Notes: a model not told the origin generated them from the letters alone. Counted from the first letter of the stretch, positions 23,201-33,412 are shown. The stretch is DNA of 64,000 bases from an uncultured Gammaproteobacteria bacterium (GCA_963705725.1 CAVPKM010000020.1:42198-106197); one strand, 5' to 3'. Numbers and translations are program-made.

Positions 23201-24251
23201 AGCCGTGCTGGAATATCACTACATCGGAGATCCCGAGGATCCTGACCGAATCGTTTATCATATTAATAATCTGGGTAAATATCTTCACGACTGGCAAGAA
23301 ATGGGTATAACAGGAGCGGAAAGTTTTGTGCTAAGAGCCGTGAAAGAAAATTTTGCTGAGGTAAATACTTTTTTAGAAAAATGTTGTTATTACGAAAAAT
23401 TGCTAGATTTGATCTGTCAAGGGTTAGGCGACATGAAAGACCTCCAGTTAGTCTGCACGCTAGGATTGAAAAATCGAATCTTAAAAAGTCGATCAATAAC
23501 AGAACCGGCCAGAATATTGGAAGAAGCCCATAGCATGGGTGTGTTGTCACCACTCCTTAAAGATATATCCCGGACCCCAATTCTTTCATCAAAGATGCGG
23601 GGGCTTTATGTTCTTAGCATTATCGAGCAACCAGATGTGCTAGCCCTGACTGCCCTCCATTTTTATGAGAGTGGTGAGAGGAGTAAGCGTGAAATAGCTG
23701 CGATGCTTTTTCTTGATGGTCATGAGAATCTAGCCTGCCGCGACGCATTAGAAAATCTAAAAACCTATTGGAACGACCAATTAAAATTAAGTGAAACTCA
23801 TGAAAATGAATCTCAGAAAGAGAGTGGGCATTTCTGTCTTGACCAAGATATTGTTGTTGATTATTACTACTATTCATTGTTGCAAGATGTAGCGGAATTA
23901 TTGAATCTTGCATACGAAAAGAATCCTATTTTATTTGCAGAATTATTCTGTGCTGAAATGGACCATTTTAATGAAAAATGGCGAGACATCTTTATGATAA
24001 GAAAAGATTTTTATGAGAAGCTAATGCAACATCCCGATATGCAACGCTTTTCTCATTATGCCAAATGCCAAAAAGCTCTTGAGGCGACCTATTCTTCTCA
24101 TGGCTTGGCTTCACCGATTAAAGCGAATGCCCGGAGTCACCTTGACAGTTTAACTCAGTCTTTAACTGACCTTTTAAACCAAGGTCAGCAACAGAGGGGT
24201 GCTGACGAAGAAGGTGATGATACAGAGCGTTACTCGTTTGGTCAGTTATAA
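20259..24251 (+). CDS. 1330-aa putative effector: two TPR-containing modules plus 4-5 internal ~140-aa repeats
   Basis: TPR-like motifs (AYFYRAQAH..NYAAAAKDF; AFYHRAEVH..HEAAIQDF), repeated DP(I/V)xxLR..YxxDFxYLxIxxAxxFVxxA, acidic C-terminus. Confidence 0.85.
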   Translation: MRKQPMFNRKNDELYQFHIKEGAAYFNAGKYLEATLAFTLALKIDAQNLAYFYRAQAHERTQNYAAAAKDFEDAERLGCNDINYLTRGLMYIQHLKQTAKALKDAVILFKKDMKSECAEIIEQCLPQIKLGDLDEIEKKDLFDSITTLEERGLLEIAISYLEPCLVKDDHNPLSARFWKRDSIMHGAPSTEKGTLKNIGDYVQEKKLKLAENIMQLAIQTGVEQFQAGDNEMAITTFSLVIEENPKCALAFYHRAEVHHHLNQHEAAIQDFCQAETLGLPIKTYKRSLSYAYLNKISEALEDAMYVAKNGTGENGSAIAALCFSQITLDALKKIPRRELFDFIQWLPGEDQIHYLGIILKRGPLTVLGERFWNPQVFKLTPHIEDELLMEIYNYLDHELDSEIILPDAADLEKMDELIKLPSRVQQLRYHICWQNCHESKQELSHYYSNLPCDSYQFEDHIQYLEDYVYLGIIEAGGFVLMALKDLFRHAKDIVDYPAPVVAFVARGPDTRRRIYLQLSALKPDEKNYQSYLKMRNECWDSERLYRNITDHNYKHEDPIQMLRYTICSHKNYGRYPEAELKRLSDYYSPESDHPFTYQSADRCRYVEDFVYLGIDTAEEFVRRAVKEVLENANNIYHTTFKFQPSNDGLRKKHWIIFEGRSFYSNGCRIATLADEKNQQAYQNIWKLCAQEEQRSRNVTNPDYQTDDPVERLRFQIAVKKNKNENYDAEKTTLSQYYLFPEKHNFDYRFDLFEKYKQDFFLLDISAAETFIHRAIREEISKLDRKIIYYYWGYSPPRVVEVPAPKFLSKNCRIYGLGFNTKNDQTYRQLHNAALADEKKLRNVTNRNFKSNDPIEQLRVTLCIKKNDEKDYTSERDALSAHYEFLPEHGGLNYSKDHGFIYLRDFLYLDIPGAKDFVRLAIEDEIIQAKDSDRWGFFRSFSTETLFDSCIIDNLRINDAHYQIFTKMLQEYIHKTGSYDEKAVLEYHYIGDPEDPDRIVYHINNLGKYLHDWQEMGITGAESFVLRAVKENFAEVNTFLEKCCYYEKLLDLICQGLGDMKDLQLVCTLGLKNRILKSRSITEPARILEEAHSMGVLSPLLKDISRTPILSSKMRGLYVLSIIEQPDVLALTALHFYESGERSKREIAAMLFLDGHENLACRDALENLKTYWNDQLKLSETHENESQKESGHFCLDQDIVVDYYYYSLLQDVAELLNLAYEKNPILFAELFCAEMDHFNEKWRDIFMIRKDFYEKLMQHPDMQRFSHYAKCQKALEATYSSHGLASPIKANARSHLDSLTQSLTDLLNQGQQQRGADEEGDDTERYSFGQL

Positions 24252-24276
24252 CCGTGACCGCCCAGATGGAGGAAAC

Positions 24277-25683
24277 TTAACACTCAGTAATGTTAACGGT
24301 AACCCCCCCGTGTGTTGCTAACCCTCCTAATGAGGTTTCTTTATAAATAGGCATCATGTCCTTGCCAATTTGCCGCATGGTTTTGATCACATTATCCAGT
24401 GTCACGATATGTTCACCATCAGTTGTGTCATCTTCATCTTCAGCAAGAACCAGGCGGGAGGCATTCACCGCCTTGACTGCACCCATGGCATTTCGCTCGA
24501 TGCAGGGGATTTGAACTAACCCTCCAATGGGATCACAAGTCAGACCCAAATTATGTTCCATACCAATTTCGGCGGCTTTTTCAATTTGTTTCGGTGTGCC
24601 GCCAAGCGCCGCAGTTAACGCCCCTGCCGCCATGGAACACGCCACACCGACTTCTCCTTGGCAACCCACTTCAGCGCCAGAAATGGAAGCACCTTTTTTG
24701 TAAAGAATCGCAATCGCGCCGGCGGTTAATAAAAAAGTAATCACTCCCTCAGGTGTCGCGTTATCGCAAAATATTTGATAATAGTTGAGCACTGCTGGGA
24801 TGATTCCAGCCGCGCCATTCGTAGGAGCTGTGACCACTGTTCCACCAGCCGCATTTTGTTCATTGACAGCCATTGCATAAACATTTAACCAATTCATCAC
24901 ATCAGGATGACAAGGAGCGGGTAGACCTTTTTTGATCAAGGTTTTGTAAAGCCCAGGCGCCCTACGTTTGACATGTAGACCGCCAGGTAGGATACCTTCA
25001 GTGATACAGCCTTTTTGAATGCAATGAGACATGGTGTGTGCAATATCTAACAATTGATTATAAATGTCTGCTTTCAAGCGCCAAGTTTGCTCATTTTTGA
25101 GCATGACCTCTGCGATGGTAAGGTGATGCTCCCTGCAGTGATCCATTAATTCTTGTGCGGTTTCAAAAGGAAAGGGAAGCGGTGCCTCTTTATTCTCTTT
25201 TCCAATCTCTGCTTCTTTTAAAATAAACCCACCACCTATCGAATAATATGTCGTGGTGAATAACACTTCTTGATTACGGTTAAGGGCGGAAAAACGCATT
25301 CCATTGGTATGGTAGGGCAAAATTTCATCGGGATGAAAAATCAGATTTTTATGATATTCAAAATCAATTTTTTTTTTATTCCCTAGATTAATTTGTTTTT
25401 CGGTATGGATTTGTTGGATACGAGAAGGAATAGAATCAGGGTCAATGGTGGCAGGATGGTTGCCTTCCAACCCCATGAAGATTGCCCCATCGGTGCCATG
25501 CCCCTTACCTGTGAGAGCAAGCGAGCCATAAAGATCGATTTGTACTTGATCCGTGCCAAAAAAAAGCCCGAGATCGAGGAGAGTTTGACTAAAGTGACAA
25601 GCCGCTTTCATTGGCCCAACCGTATGAGAGCTGGACGGTCCAATACCAATAGCGAATAGGTCAAAAACACTAATATGTTGCAT
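24277..25683 (-). CDS. sdaA: L-serine ammonia-lyase (Fe-S dependent, single chain)
   Basis: [43 protein letters not shown]. Confidence 0.97.
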   Translation of the reverse strand: MQHISVFDLFAIGIGPSSSHTVGPMKAACHFSQTLLDLGLFFGTDQVQIDLYGSLALTGKGHGTDGAIFMGLEGNHPATIDPDSIPSRIQQIHTEKQINLGNKKKIDFEYHKNLIFHPDEILPYHTNGMRFSALNRNQEVLFTTTYYSIGGGFILKEAEIGKENKEAPLPFPFETAQELMDHCREHHLTIAEVMLKNEQTWRLKADIYNQLLDIAHTMSHCIQKGCITEGILPGGLHVKRRAPGLYKTLIKKGLPAPCHPDVMNWLNVYAMAVNEQNAAGGTVVTAPTNGAAGIIPAVLNYYQIFCDNATPEGVITFLLTAGAIAILYKKGASISGAEVGCQGEVGVACSMAAGALTAALGGTPKQIEKAAEIGMEHNLGLTCDPIGGLVQIPCIERNAMGAVKAVNASRLVLAEDEDDTTDGEHIVTLDNVIKTMRQIGKDMMPIYKETSLGGLATHGGVTVNITEC

Positions 25684-25764
25684 CAGGCAACCTCTTTTTT
25701 GATTCCCATTTTAATGGGAATTACTATAAGATATGCGCACCTAAATGGAAAAGAATAAAATAAC

Positions 25765-27078
25765 ATGATTTCATCTCTAAGCCTTAGCGTCAAACAAAGA
25801 TTTCAAACAGAAGCATTATTTAGATCGCCGCACCTAATCAGCATGGTTTTTTTAGGCTTTGCATCCGGCCTCCCGTTATTCCTAACCGGTTCAACGCTAC
25901 AAGCTTGGTATACGGTTTGCGGGGTTAATTTGGTCACCATCGGCATGTTGACTTTAGTTGGACAACCCTATGTCTATAAATTTCTTTGGGCACCGCTTTT
26001 AGACCGCTTCACCTTAACCAAGGGACAGCGAAGACGCAGTTGGCTGCTACTTCTGCAAATTTTACTCATCATTGGCATTGGAGTGATGGGTGCCTTTAAT
26101 CCTGCTAAACGTCCTGTGACCTTAGCATTTCTCGCATTAATTATCGCATTTTTTTCAGCAACACAAGATATCGTCATCGATGCTTATCGAACCGAAATTC
26201 TGACAGTAGAAAAAAGAGGGCTGGGTCTTGCACTTAGCACCATCGGTTACCGAATTGCTCTGTTAGTGACAGGAGCCATTGCCTTAGTGATGGCCGATAG
26301 AATAGGTTGGAAGCTTACCTATTGGATAATGGCGCTATTAATGGGATTAGAGTTAATCGTGACCTATTTCCTAAAAGAAGAAGCCGCTACGAATGCACAT
26401 CCTCAATCTTTATCTACAGCGATGATCCAGCCTTTTCTGTCGCTTTTATATCAAAAACAAATCGGCATCATTTTATTATTCATTGTGCTTTACAAACTGG
26501 GAGACGTGTTTACTTTAACATTAGGCACCACTTTTTTGATACGCAGCATCGGTTTTTCGCTGACTGATATTGGGTTGACCTATAAGTTAGTAGGGATGAT
26601 TGGATTATTATTTGGCGCAGTAGTTGGCGGCCTCGCAATGAAAAAAATTAAACTTTTTCCAGCCTTAGTCCTATTTGGAATAATTCAAGCGCTGGCTAAT
26701 CTCCCTTTTCTCGCGCTTGCCATGATAGGTAAAAATTATTCTCTGTTGATATTGACGGTGTTTATTGAAAATTTTGGTTCAGGATTAGGATCGGTTGCCT
26801 TTTTGGCATTTATTATGAGCTTGTGTGATAAACACTATACGGCAACACACTTTGCTGTATTTACCGCGCTAGCTGCCATAGGACGAGTATTTGCCGGGCC
26901 ACTTGCCGCAATTGTAGTGGAGCAGGTGGGCTGGGTACAATATTACCTATGGGCTTTTTTAATGGGATTTCCAGGTATAGTCATGTTAGTATTTCTAAAA
27001 AAGCATTGGATATTTAATTCGCCGCCTTCTCGCTGTAGCCGAATTGAATCTCAAAAATCAGCGGTTCCCGTTGAGTAG
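25765..27078 (+). CDS. ampG: AmpG-family muropeptide MFS transporter
   Basis: LGFASGLP, YKFLWAPLLD, ATQDIVIDAYR. Confidence 0.93.
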   Translation: MISSLSLSVKQRFQTEALFRSPHLISMVFLGFASGLPLFLTGSTLQAWYTVCGVNLVTIGMLTLVGQPYVYKFLWAPLLDRFTLTKGQRRRSWLLLLQILLIIGIGVMGAFNPAKRPVTLAFLALIIAFFSATQDIVIDAYRTEILTVEKRGLGLALSTIGYRIALLVTGAIALVMADRIGWKLTYWIMALLMGLELIVTYFLKEEAATNAHPQSLSTAMIQPFLSLLYQKQIGIILLFIVLYKLGDVFTLTLGTTFLIRSIGFSLTDIGLTYKLVGMIGLLFGAVVGGLAMKKIKLFPALVLFGIIQALANLPFLALAMIGKNYSLLILTVFIENFGSGLGSVAFLAFIMSLCDKHYTATHFAVFTALAAIGRVFAGPLAAIVVEQVGWVQYYLWAFLMGFPGIVMLVFLKKHWIFNSPPSRCSRIESQKSAVPVE

Positions 27079-27098
27079 TTATCAAAGGTAGTTAACAA

Positions 27099-28439
27099 AT
27101 GAGTCTTGAGCAAACCACGAAATCACTGGGTTTTTGGACGTTAACGGCGTTAGTTGCGGGTAACATGATTGGTTCTGGCATTTTTATGCTACCGGCTTCA
27201 TTAGCGGCATTTGGCAGCATTGGGATTTTTGCTTGGATTCTCACGGCAGCGGGTACCATGATTTTAGCCATTGTCTTTGCCCGTTTGAGCCGTTTATTAC
27301 CTAAGACAGGTGGCCCTTATGCTTATTGCCGCGAAGCTTACGGCGATTTTATTGGTTTCCAAGTTGCTTATAATTATTGGATTGCGCTTTGGGTAGGAAA
27401 TGCAGCTATTGTCGTTACCTTGATTAGCTACTTAGGGGTATTCTGGCCTGAGCTTAATACTCATTCGTCTTTATCATTTATGTTAAGCCTCGCCATAATT
27501 TGGTTGATTACCGCTATTAATATCATTGGTATTAAAGAAGCTGGCAAGACTCAAATTATTACCACCATTTTAAAACTTATTCCCCTACTAGGAGTCGCGT
27601 TAATTGGATTATTTTTTATCCATAAAGATAATCTTATGCATTTTAATATCAGTGGAAAATCCAATTTTTCAGCCTTAACAGGAGCTGCAACACTAACCAT
27701 GTGGGCATTTATTGGTTTTGAATCTGCAACCATACCTGCCGGACATGTCATTAATCCCAGACGTAATATCCCGCGTGCAACGATAGTTGGCACCTCGGTT
27801 GCCGCATTAGTTTATATTTTAAGCACGATCAGCGTAATGGGTATTGTTCCCATGGCACAGCTTGCCCATTCAAGCTCACCATTTGCGCTGGCGGCTAATG
27901 TGATGTTAGGTCCTTGGGCGAATTGGATTATTGCAGCGGCGGCAGTTATCGCTTGTTTTGGAACGTTAAATGGTTGGATCATGATGCAAGGACAAATACC
28001 GCTTGCTGCTGCAAAAGATGGACTATTCCCTAAACCCTTTGAAAAAGTTAATAAAGTCGGTTCCCCAGCGCTGGGATTGATTGTTTCAAGTATGCTGATC
28101 TCCCTATTATTAGCGATGCGATATGAAGCGAGTTTAGTGGACCAATTTACTTTCATTAGCTTATTGGCGACCCTTGCTTCTTTAATTCCCTATATTTATA
28201 CCTCGGTCGCGGAGGTGATGATTTATTTAAAAGAAAGAGAAAAGTTTAATAAAAAAAGATTTATGGGTTCTGCAACGCTAGCCATCTTAGCCTTTGCCTA
28301 TACCTACTGGCTAATTTATGGCGCAGGGGTTCAAATCGTTTTTTATGGGGTGTTACTGTTGCTAAGCAGTATACCGATTTATTTAATTCTGCAGCTAAGA
28401 GTGATGGAAAAAGGCGAGGGAATAGCGGAAGAAGGGTAG
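27099..28439 (+). CDS. APC-superfamily amino-acid permease (AdiC/PotE-like)
   Basis: GNMIGSGIFMLP, GGPYAY, WAFIGFESA; ~12 hydrophobic segments. Confidence 0.92.
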   Translation: MSLEQTTKSLGFWTLTALVAGNMIGSGIFMLPASLAAFGSIGIFAWILTAAGTMILAIVFARLSRLLPKTGGPYAYCREAYGDFIGFQVAYNYWIALWVGNAAIVVTLISYLGVFWPELNTHSSLSFMLSLAIIWLITAINIIGIKEAGKTQIITTILKLIPLLGVALIGLFFIHKDNLMHFNISGKSNFSALTGAATLTMWAFIGFESATIPAGHVINPRRNIPRATIVGTSVAALVYILSTISVMGIVPMAQLAHSSSPFALAANVMLGPWANWIIAAAAVIACFGTLNGWIMMQGQIPLAAAKDGLFPKPFEKVNKVGSPALGLIVSSMLISLLLAMRYEASLVDQFTFISLLATLASLIPYIYTSVAEVMIYLKEREKFNKKRFMGSATLAILAFAYTYWLIYGAGVQIVFYGVLLLLSSIPIYLILQLRVMEKGEGIAEEG

Positions 28440-28445
28440 CAGTGC

Positions 28446-31397
28446 GTGAGATTCACAACAGTTCGTTTTATTTTTTTATTGATTTTTTTAATATCCATCT
28501 TCAGTTCATTTTCTTATGCCTACCAGGGTGCAGAGAATGAATCCACGCTGGCCATTGCCGATCGTCAGCTGCATCTTGATAAAAAAAGCCAAGAGTTGGT
28601 CAAAAAGCAATTTTTTGATTTAAAAGTAGCGAAAAATAAGCAATATACCTTGCTTCAAGAAAGTGGGGTGACCACGCCTATTTTGAAACATGCCGAGCTT
28701 GATTTCATCGCAGCCCAAGCGGCAATTGAAGGTGCCAACATTGCCTTGATTGATGCAAAGCAAGCATCAGAAGACATCGATAATTCAATCCATAATCAGG
28801 AAAAAAATCTTCAGAATTTAATCTTGCTGACTAAGGATCATTCCGGCAATGAGGTGCAGATTATTGCGCTTGAAGCAAACTTAGAATTTTTGAAAAGATT
28901 ACAGCAAATACAAAACGATCGTATCAAAGCACTAAACGATATTAAATCCGTTACCAAGCAACGCTTAGAACTAGAAAATCAATGGCAGCAGCGCTTGCAA
29001 ATCCTCTATTCACTGCAGCAACGCGATCAAGAACGTAATCGTTTACAAGAAGTGATCGCCAATTTACAAGAAGAGCAACAAAATTGGTTGCTGAAATTAA
29101 GTCATTTAAATCAAGAACTTCAACTGCTTAGTCGTCAAGGGTTGATGAGTGATATGAATTTAAAAAAATTTCATTTTCAAATTTTTGAAGCAGAAGAATA
29201 TGTCGCATTGATTCGTTTAAAATCTTATCTTGTCCAGATCCAAAATCGATTGGAAAATTTACAAGATTCTAAAAAAATTCAAAAGCCTTCTTATCAACTT
29301 AGTGAATTGGTCGAACAGGTTGCCAACATTCTTTCTGAGCTTGCTTCTACCGAAGATTTTGTTTCCGCAAAAACCAGGTTTTTGGCAATGAAGAATAGGG
29401 AGCTACAAGATAATTATGCTTATTCACAAATGCTCCGTAATTTATTTCAAAATTATCAGGCTGAAAATAAGTTCATCATTAATTTAAAAAATACAGCCTC
29501 TTCCTACCATCATCAATTAAAATTGCAATTACAACATCACTTATCTGAAAGGCAAAAGTTCCCCCAAGAATTAGCTGGTTGGATTCAATTAAGTCAAAAA
29601 TTTTTTCAAATCCCTTACTTGCTACTCACTACAGTGAATCATATTGTCACGCAAGGGATTTATGAAACAAAAGATTTGCACAAAGGTTTAGTGGTGTTAC
29701 TGCTATTAACCCTTCCTTTTTTATTTGTTTGCTGGTTCTACCTTAGACGTTTTTTGCGAAATCTTGAATTAATCATTCGAGATGATAAGCGCTTTTCCAC
29801 CAAGGTGGTTTTTTTCATTATTGAATTATTACGGAGAAATTTAGGCACGTTACTTTGTTGCTTGTTGCTGCTCTCATTGATTTTAATTTTAAACATCTAC
29901 ATACTTTTCGTTATTTATCTCCTGCTCGTCTATCTTTGTTTCAAACTGACATTAAGTGTAGCGAAGCTTATTCTGCTAGAAAATGTCCAGGATAATTCGG
30001 GAAAGGATGTAGCACTTTATTATCGTATCAAGTGGGCCTTAGTGCTGGGTTTTATTTTATCGACTTTAGCTGTGATGGCGCATCAACTACCCGTTGCCTA
30101 TGAAGCTAAAATATTAGTCAGTCGATTATTTATGATTTTTATTTTTGTTCTTGGCCTGCAACTCCTCAAGGCAAGATTTTTTATTGTGAATCTTTTTACC
30201 GATAGCATTCATGTGCCACGTTATTTTCACCATGTTTTACGTCTTCTGAGTCATGTCATCCCCATCGCATTGCTTTTTAATGCGATTATCGGATTGCTTG
30301 GCTATGTGGAATTAGCCTTAGTGGTGGCGAAATATCAAATTATTTTGATCACAATATTAGCTGGTTATTTGATAGCGCGCGGTATTTTAATCGATGCCAT
30401 GGAATTCATTTCTGAAGTGTTCATCAAACATGTTAAACAAGGTTGGTTATGGACTGAAGCCATTTTAAAACCCTTGGATAAAATACTACGAATCGTATTG
30501 TTTTTAATCAGTATGCTTTATTTGTTGCATTTTTATCAGCTTGATGCCAATGAATATTTTATTCATTCGATAGAGCAATTATTGCATAAAAAATTGTTTA
30601 CCCTTGGCGGCAATGTCATTAACGTGCTACTACTTTGTGAACTTTTCATTATTTTGGCATTAATTAAATGGGTAGCTTATTGGTCTCGTGAATTTTCTTT
30701 TCGCTGGTTGTATATCAAGTCTAAAGATGTGGGTGTTCGCAATAGTCTTTCAATATTTACTCAATATGCAAGTGTAATATTTTGTGTATTAATAGGCTTA
30801 AAATTTCTAGGTATCGATTTGAAAGGCTTTACTGTTGTAGCCGCTGCTTTTGCAGCTGGTATTGGTTTTGGTATGCGAGATCTAATCATTAATTTTTTTA
30901 GCGGTATCTTGCTTTTAATCGAAAGACCTTTTCGCACAGGTGATATTGTTTCACTAGGATCTTATGAAGGCGAAGTTATCCTAACAGGAATGCGTTCAAT
31001 GACGATTCGCACCTGGGATTATGAAGAGGTCATCGTGCCAAATGCAGATATGTTTACCAAGCCATTTGTGAATTGGACACACCATGACAATATTGTTAGA
31101 ACAGTGATCATTTTAAAAATTCATCGCGAAGATGACCCTCACCAAGTACAAAGGTTAATGCTAAACGTTCTTAAAAATCATCCCAATGTTGCCAAGGATC
31201 CGTTGCCTGAAGTAATTTTGCATGAAATGAGTGAGGTATTAATTGAGATGCACGTGAGATATTATATTCTATTAACCACCGAGCGTACCAAGGCGGGTGT
31301 CAAGTCCGAAGTGCTTTTCACGATTTGGGATTGTCTCAAAGCCAATAATATCCGCGCTCCTTATCCACAATATGATCTTCACTTGAAGAATTTGTAA
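28446..31397 (+). CDS. Large MscS-family mechanosensitive channel (MscK/MscM-like)
   Basis: Signal peptide, coiled-coil periplasmic region, multiple TMs, GIGFGMRDLIINFFSGILLLIERPFRTGD. Confidence 0.9.
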   Translation: MRFTTVRFIFLLIFLISIFSSFSYAYQGAENESTLAIADRQLHLDKKSQELVKKQFFDLKVAKNKQYTLLQESGVTTPILKHAELDFIAAQAAIEGANIALIDAKQASEDIDNSIHNQEKNLQNLILLTKDHSGNEVQIIALEANLEFLKRLQQIQNDRIKALNDIKSVTKQRLELENQWQQRLQILYSLQQRDQERNRLQEVIANLQEEQQNWLLKLSHLNQELQLLSRQGLMSDMNLKKFHFQIFEAEEYVALIRLKSYLVQIQNRLENLQDSKKIQKPSYQLSELVEQVANILSELASTEDFVSAKTRFLAMKNRELQDNYAYSQMLRNLFQNYQAENKFIINLKNTASSYHHQLKLQLQHHLSERQKFPQELAGWIQLSQKFFQIPYLLLTTVNHIVTQGIYETKDLHKGLVVLLLLTLPFLFVCWFYLRRFLRNLELIIRDDKRFSTKVVFFIIELLRRNLGTLLCCLLLLSLILILNIYILFVIYLLLVYLCFKLTLSVAKLILLENVQDNSGKDVALYYRIKWALVLGFILSTLAVMAHQLPVAYEAKILVSRLFMIFIFVLGLQLLKARFFIVNLFTDSIHVPRYFHHVLRLLSHVIPIALLFNAIIGLLGYVELALVVAKYQIILITILAGYLIARGILIDAMEFISEVFIKHVKQGWLWTEAILKPLDKILRIVLFLISMLYLLHFYQLDANEYFIHSIEQLLHKKLFTLGGNVINVLLLCELFIILALIKWVAYWSREFSFRWLYIKSKDVGVRNSLSIFTQYASVIFCVLIGLKFLGIDLKGFTVVAAAFAAGIGFGMRDLIINFFSGILLLIERPFRTGDIVSLGSYEGEVILTGMRSMTIRTWDYEEVIVPNADMFTKPFVNWTHHDNIVRTVIILKIHREDDPHQVQRLMLNVLKNHPNVAKDPLPEVILHEMSEVLIEMHVRYYILLTTERTKAGVKSEVLFTIWDCLKANNIRAPYPQYDLHLKNL

Positions 31398-31402
31398 CTA
31401 TG

Positions 31403-33343
31403 TTAGTAGAAACTTCGAGCTGAGGTTTGAGTATGGTCAGTTGAGTTTATTTCTTGTTGAGATAATTCAATATTCTTTTTTAGCTTTTCAAGATCGTCTC
31501 CCATAACGAATTTTTTTATTTCTAAGGCACACGTCTTTGATTGTTCTATGGCTTCTTGATAGCAGTCTTGGGCTTGTTGAATGCAATTTTTTTCGAGAAA
31601 ATCTTGCGCTTTTGAACAGAGAATAGAGGTAGGCAAATAAATTGCTGAGCAGTTATCGATTTTGTCAACTTTAAATTGAGTATAAACCGCTAAGCAATTT
31701 TTTGATGCTTTCATCGCTAGATCATATTGTTTTTTTTCACAGTATTCTTTAGCCAAGCCATAGTAGCATGAGTCGATCCAGACAAGTATGTCATTTAAAT
31801 TTTCTTTTTTTTCTTGGAGCACTGGCAATTCTAATGCATAAATCTCTAAAGCTTTTTTGTAAGAAATAATTGCTTGAGAAAATTCTCCTCTAAAAAATAA
31901 TGAGTTTCCAATTTCTTGCCAACTTATTGCCAAATCAGCGAGTAAAGTTTCCGTATGGCTTCTTTCTTTTTTTGCAATTAATGGTAATACTTTAAGCGCA
32001 TTGAAAAAATTCAGATGCATCTCTTTAAGGCTGTCAAACGATATTTCACTAGGAGGATTATAGCAACTTATTAATTTGTGATTACGATCATGATAAAATG
32101 TAAAATAGTAATGACCATCTGCGAAACTTTTTCGCGTCCGAATTTCATCTAGTATTTCAGAAAAAATAATTTTTTCTGATTCTTCTGAAGTTTCTCGGAT
32201 AGCGTGATCAAAATGTTGAAAGGCAGTTCTAATGCTTTCAATGGAGGCTGCCTCTTCTTTTTTAATTTGATTGTGTATTATATTTGCATGTTCTCTGAGT
32301 TCCCTGCTAATTTTCAGTTGATATTCATTGTTAGAAAAATGTCTGATTTTGTTTTCAACAATATCCATGCTCTCAATAAGGAAATTGATTCCCTTGCATC
32401 CTCTTCCTATGCCTTGACCAATAACATAATAGGGATCGATTAGTGCATCTCCTAAAGGGAATATCATTGGTAGATTTTTTCCTATATAAGCCGTTTGTTC
32501 TACAACATTAGTTTCCACATTAATAGTGGTTAGTCTTGGCTTAGCACTATATTTTTTTGACTGAGGCAAATAGTGATAATCAGGAGTTGACGCTGTATAA
32601 ATTTCTAATACTGTTTGGAGCCATTTATCTTGCTCTGTTTTTGACAACCCAATTGGTATCTCCAAATATAAACAGACTTTGTTTTTATTAACATAATATC
32701 CCGTTAATTCTGGAAGTTTAAATTCATTCCAACCCAAAGCACGTAATTTAATTAGACTTCTCGCAAAATAGATATTGTCAACAAACGGTGATGATATCCT
32801 GTTATATGAATTCATTAACTCCAATAATTGCTCATTTTTCATTTGCACGTAGGCCAGGTAGCGTGTAGAAGCTGCAACTTCGGTAAATGCGCGTAGCGTG
32901 AAGGGAATTTCAGGGGCACAAATCTCATTTGCTGACTTTAAAACGTATCGATTGGATCCAGTACAATCACATACATAATTTCCAGCTACAAATTCCTCAT
33001 TACCTTTTGCATCCGCAATGATCACTCCTGGAGTTTCAGTATCTTCCTTTAAGCGAATAAATTTTTTTTTCTCAATTTTAATGGCATTTATATTGCTTAT
33101 TTGTTCATATAGTATGCGTTCGAAATCTTTTATATGCATGTAGTTCTTAGGAAGGACAACTTGTAGGTTAAGAAACTTAGCGGCCGCCTCCAAAACGGGT
33201 TGATCTAATCTTCCGGGACGCGTATATTCGCCAGCGCGAGGATCGAAAACCAGTGCAGTAATACCTGCTTTGTAAAATGCAAGGGCCGCATATAATCCTG
33301 CTGGACCGGCGCCAATGATAATGACCCTATCTTTGTTCAGCAT
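31403..33343 (-). CDS. FAD-dependent monooxygenase-like domain fused to TPRs (putative effector)
   Basis: IIIGAGPAG Rossmann motif, DCTG, GDAL; TPR EIGNSLFFRGEFSQAIISYKKALE. Confidence 0.8.
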   Translation of the reverse strand: MLNKDRVIIIGAGPAGLYAALAFYKAGITALVFDPRAGEYTRPGRLDQPVLEAAAKFLNLQVVLPKNYMHIKDFERILYEQISNINAIKIEKKKFIRLKEDTETPGVIIADAKGNEEFVAGNYVCDCTGSNRYVLKSANEICAPEIPFTLRAFTEVAASTRYLAYVQMKNEQLLELMNSYNRISSPFVDNIYFARSLIKLRALGWNEFKLPELTGYYVNKNKVCLYLEIPIGLSKTEQDKWLQTVLEIYTASTPDYHYLPQSKKYSAKPRLTTINVETNVVEQTAYIGKNLPMIFPLGDALIDPYYVIGQGIGRGCKGINFLIESMDIVENKIRHFSNNEYQLKISRELREHANIIHNQIKKEEAASIESIRTAFQHFDHAIRETSEESEKIIFSEILDEIRTRKSFADGHYYFTFYHDRNHKLISCYNPPSEISFDSLKEMHLNFFNALKVLPLIAKKERSHTETLLADLAISWQEIGNSLFFRGEFSQAIISYKKALEIYALELPVLQEKKENLNDILVWIDSCYYGLAKEYCEKKQYDLAMKASKNCLAVYTQFKVDKIDNCSAIYLPTSILCSKAQDFLEKNCIQQAQDCYQEAIEQSKTCALEIKKFVMGDDLEKLKKNIELSQQEINSTDHTQTSARSFY

Positions 33344-33397
33344 AAAATTCGACCTCTCATAAAACTAAATAATTATTAATAGTTTGCCAAAAATTTA

Positions 33398-33412
33398 TTA
33401 AAAAAATCTTAA
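33398..33412 (-). promoter_or_regulatory. PmrA-like box upstream of the monooxygenase-TPR gene
   Basis: Minus strand reads TTAA-gattttt-TTAAt, ~55 nt before the ATG. Confidence 0.5.
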
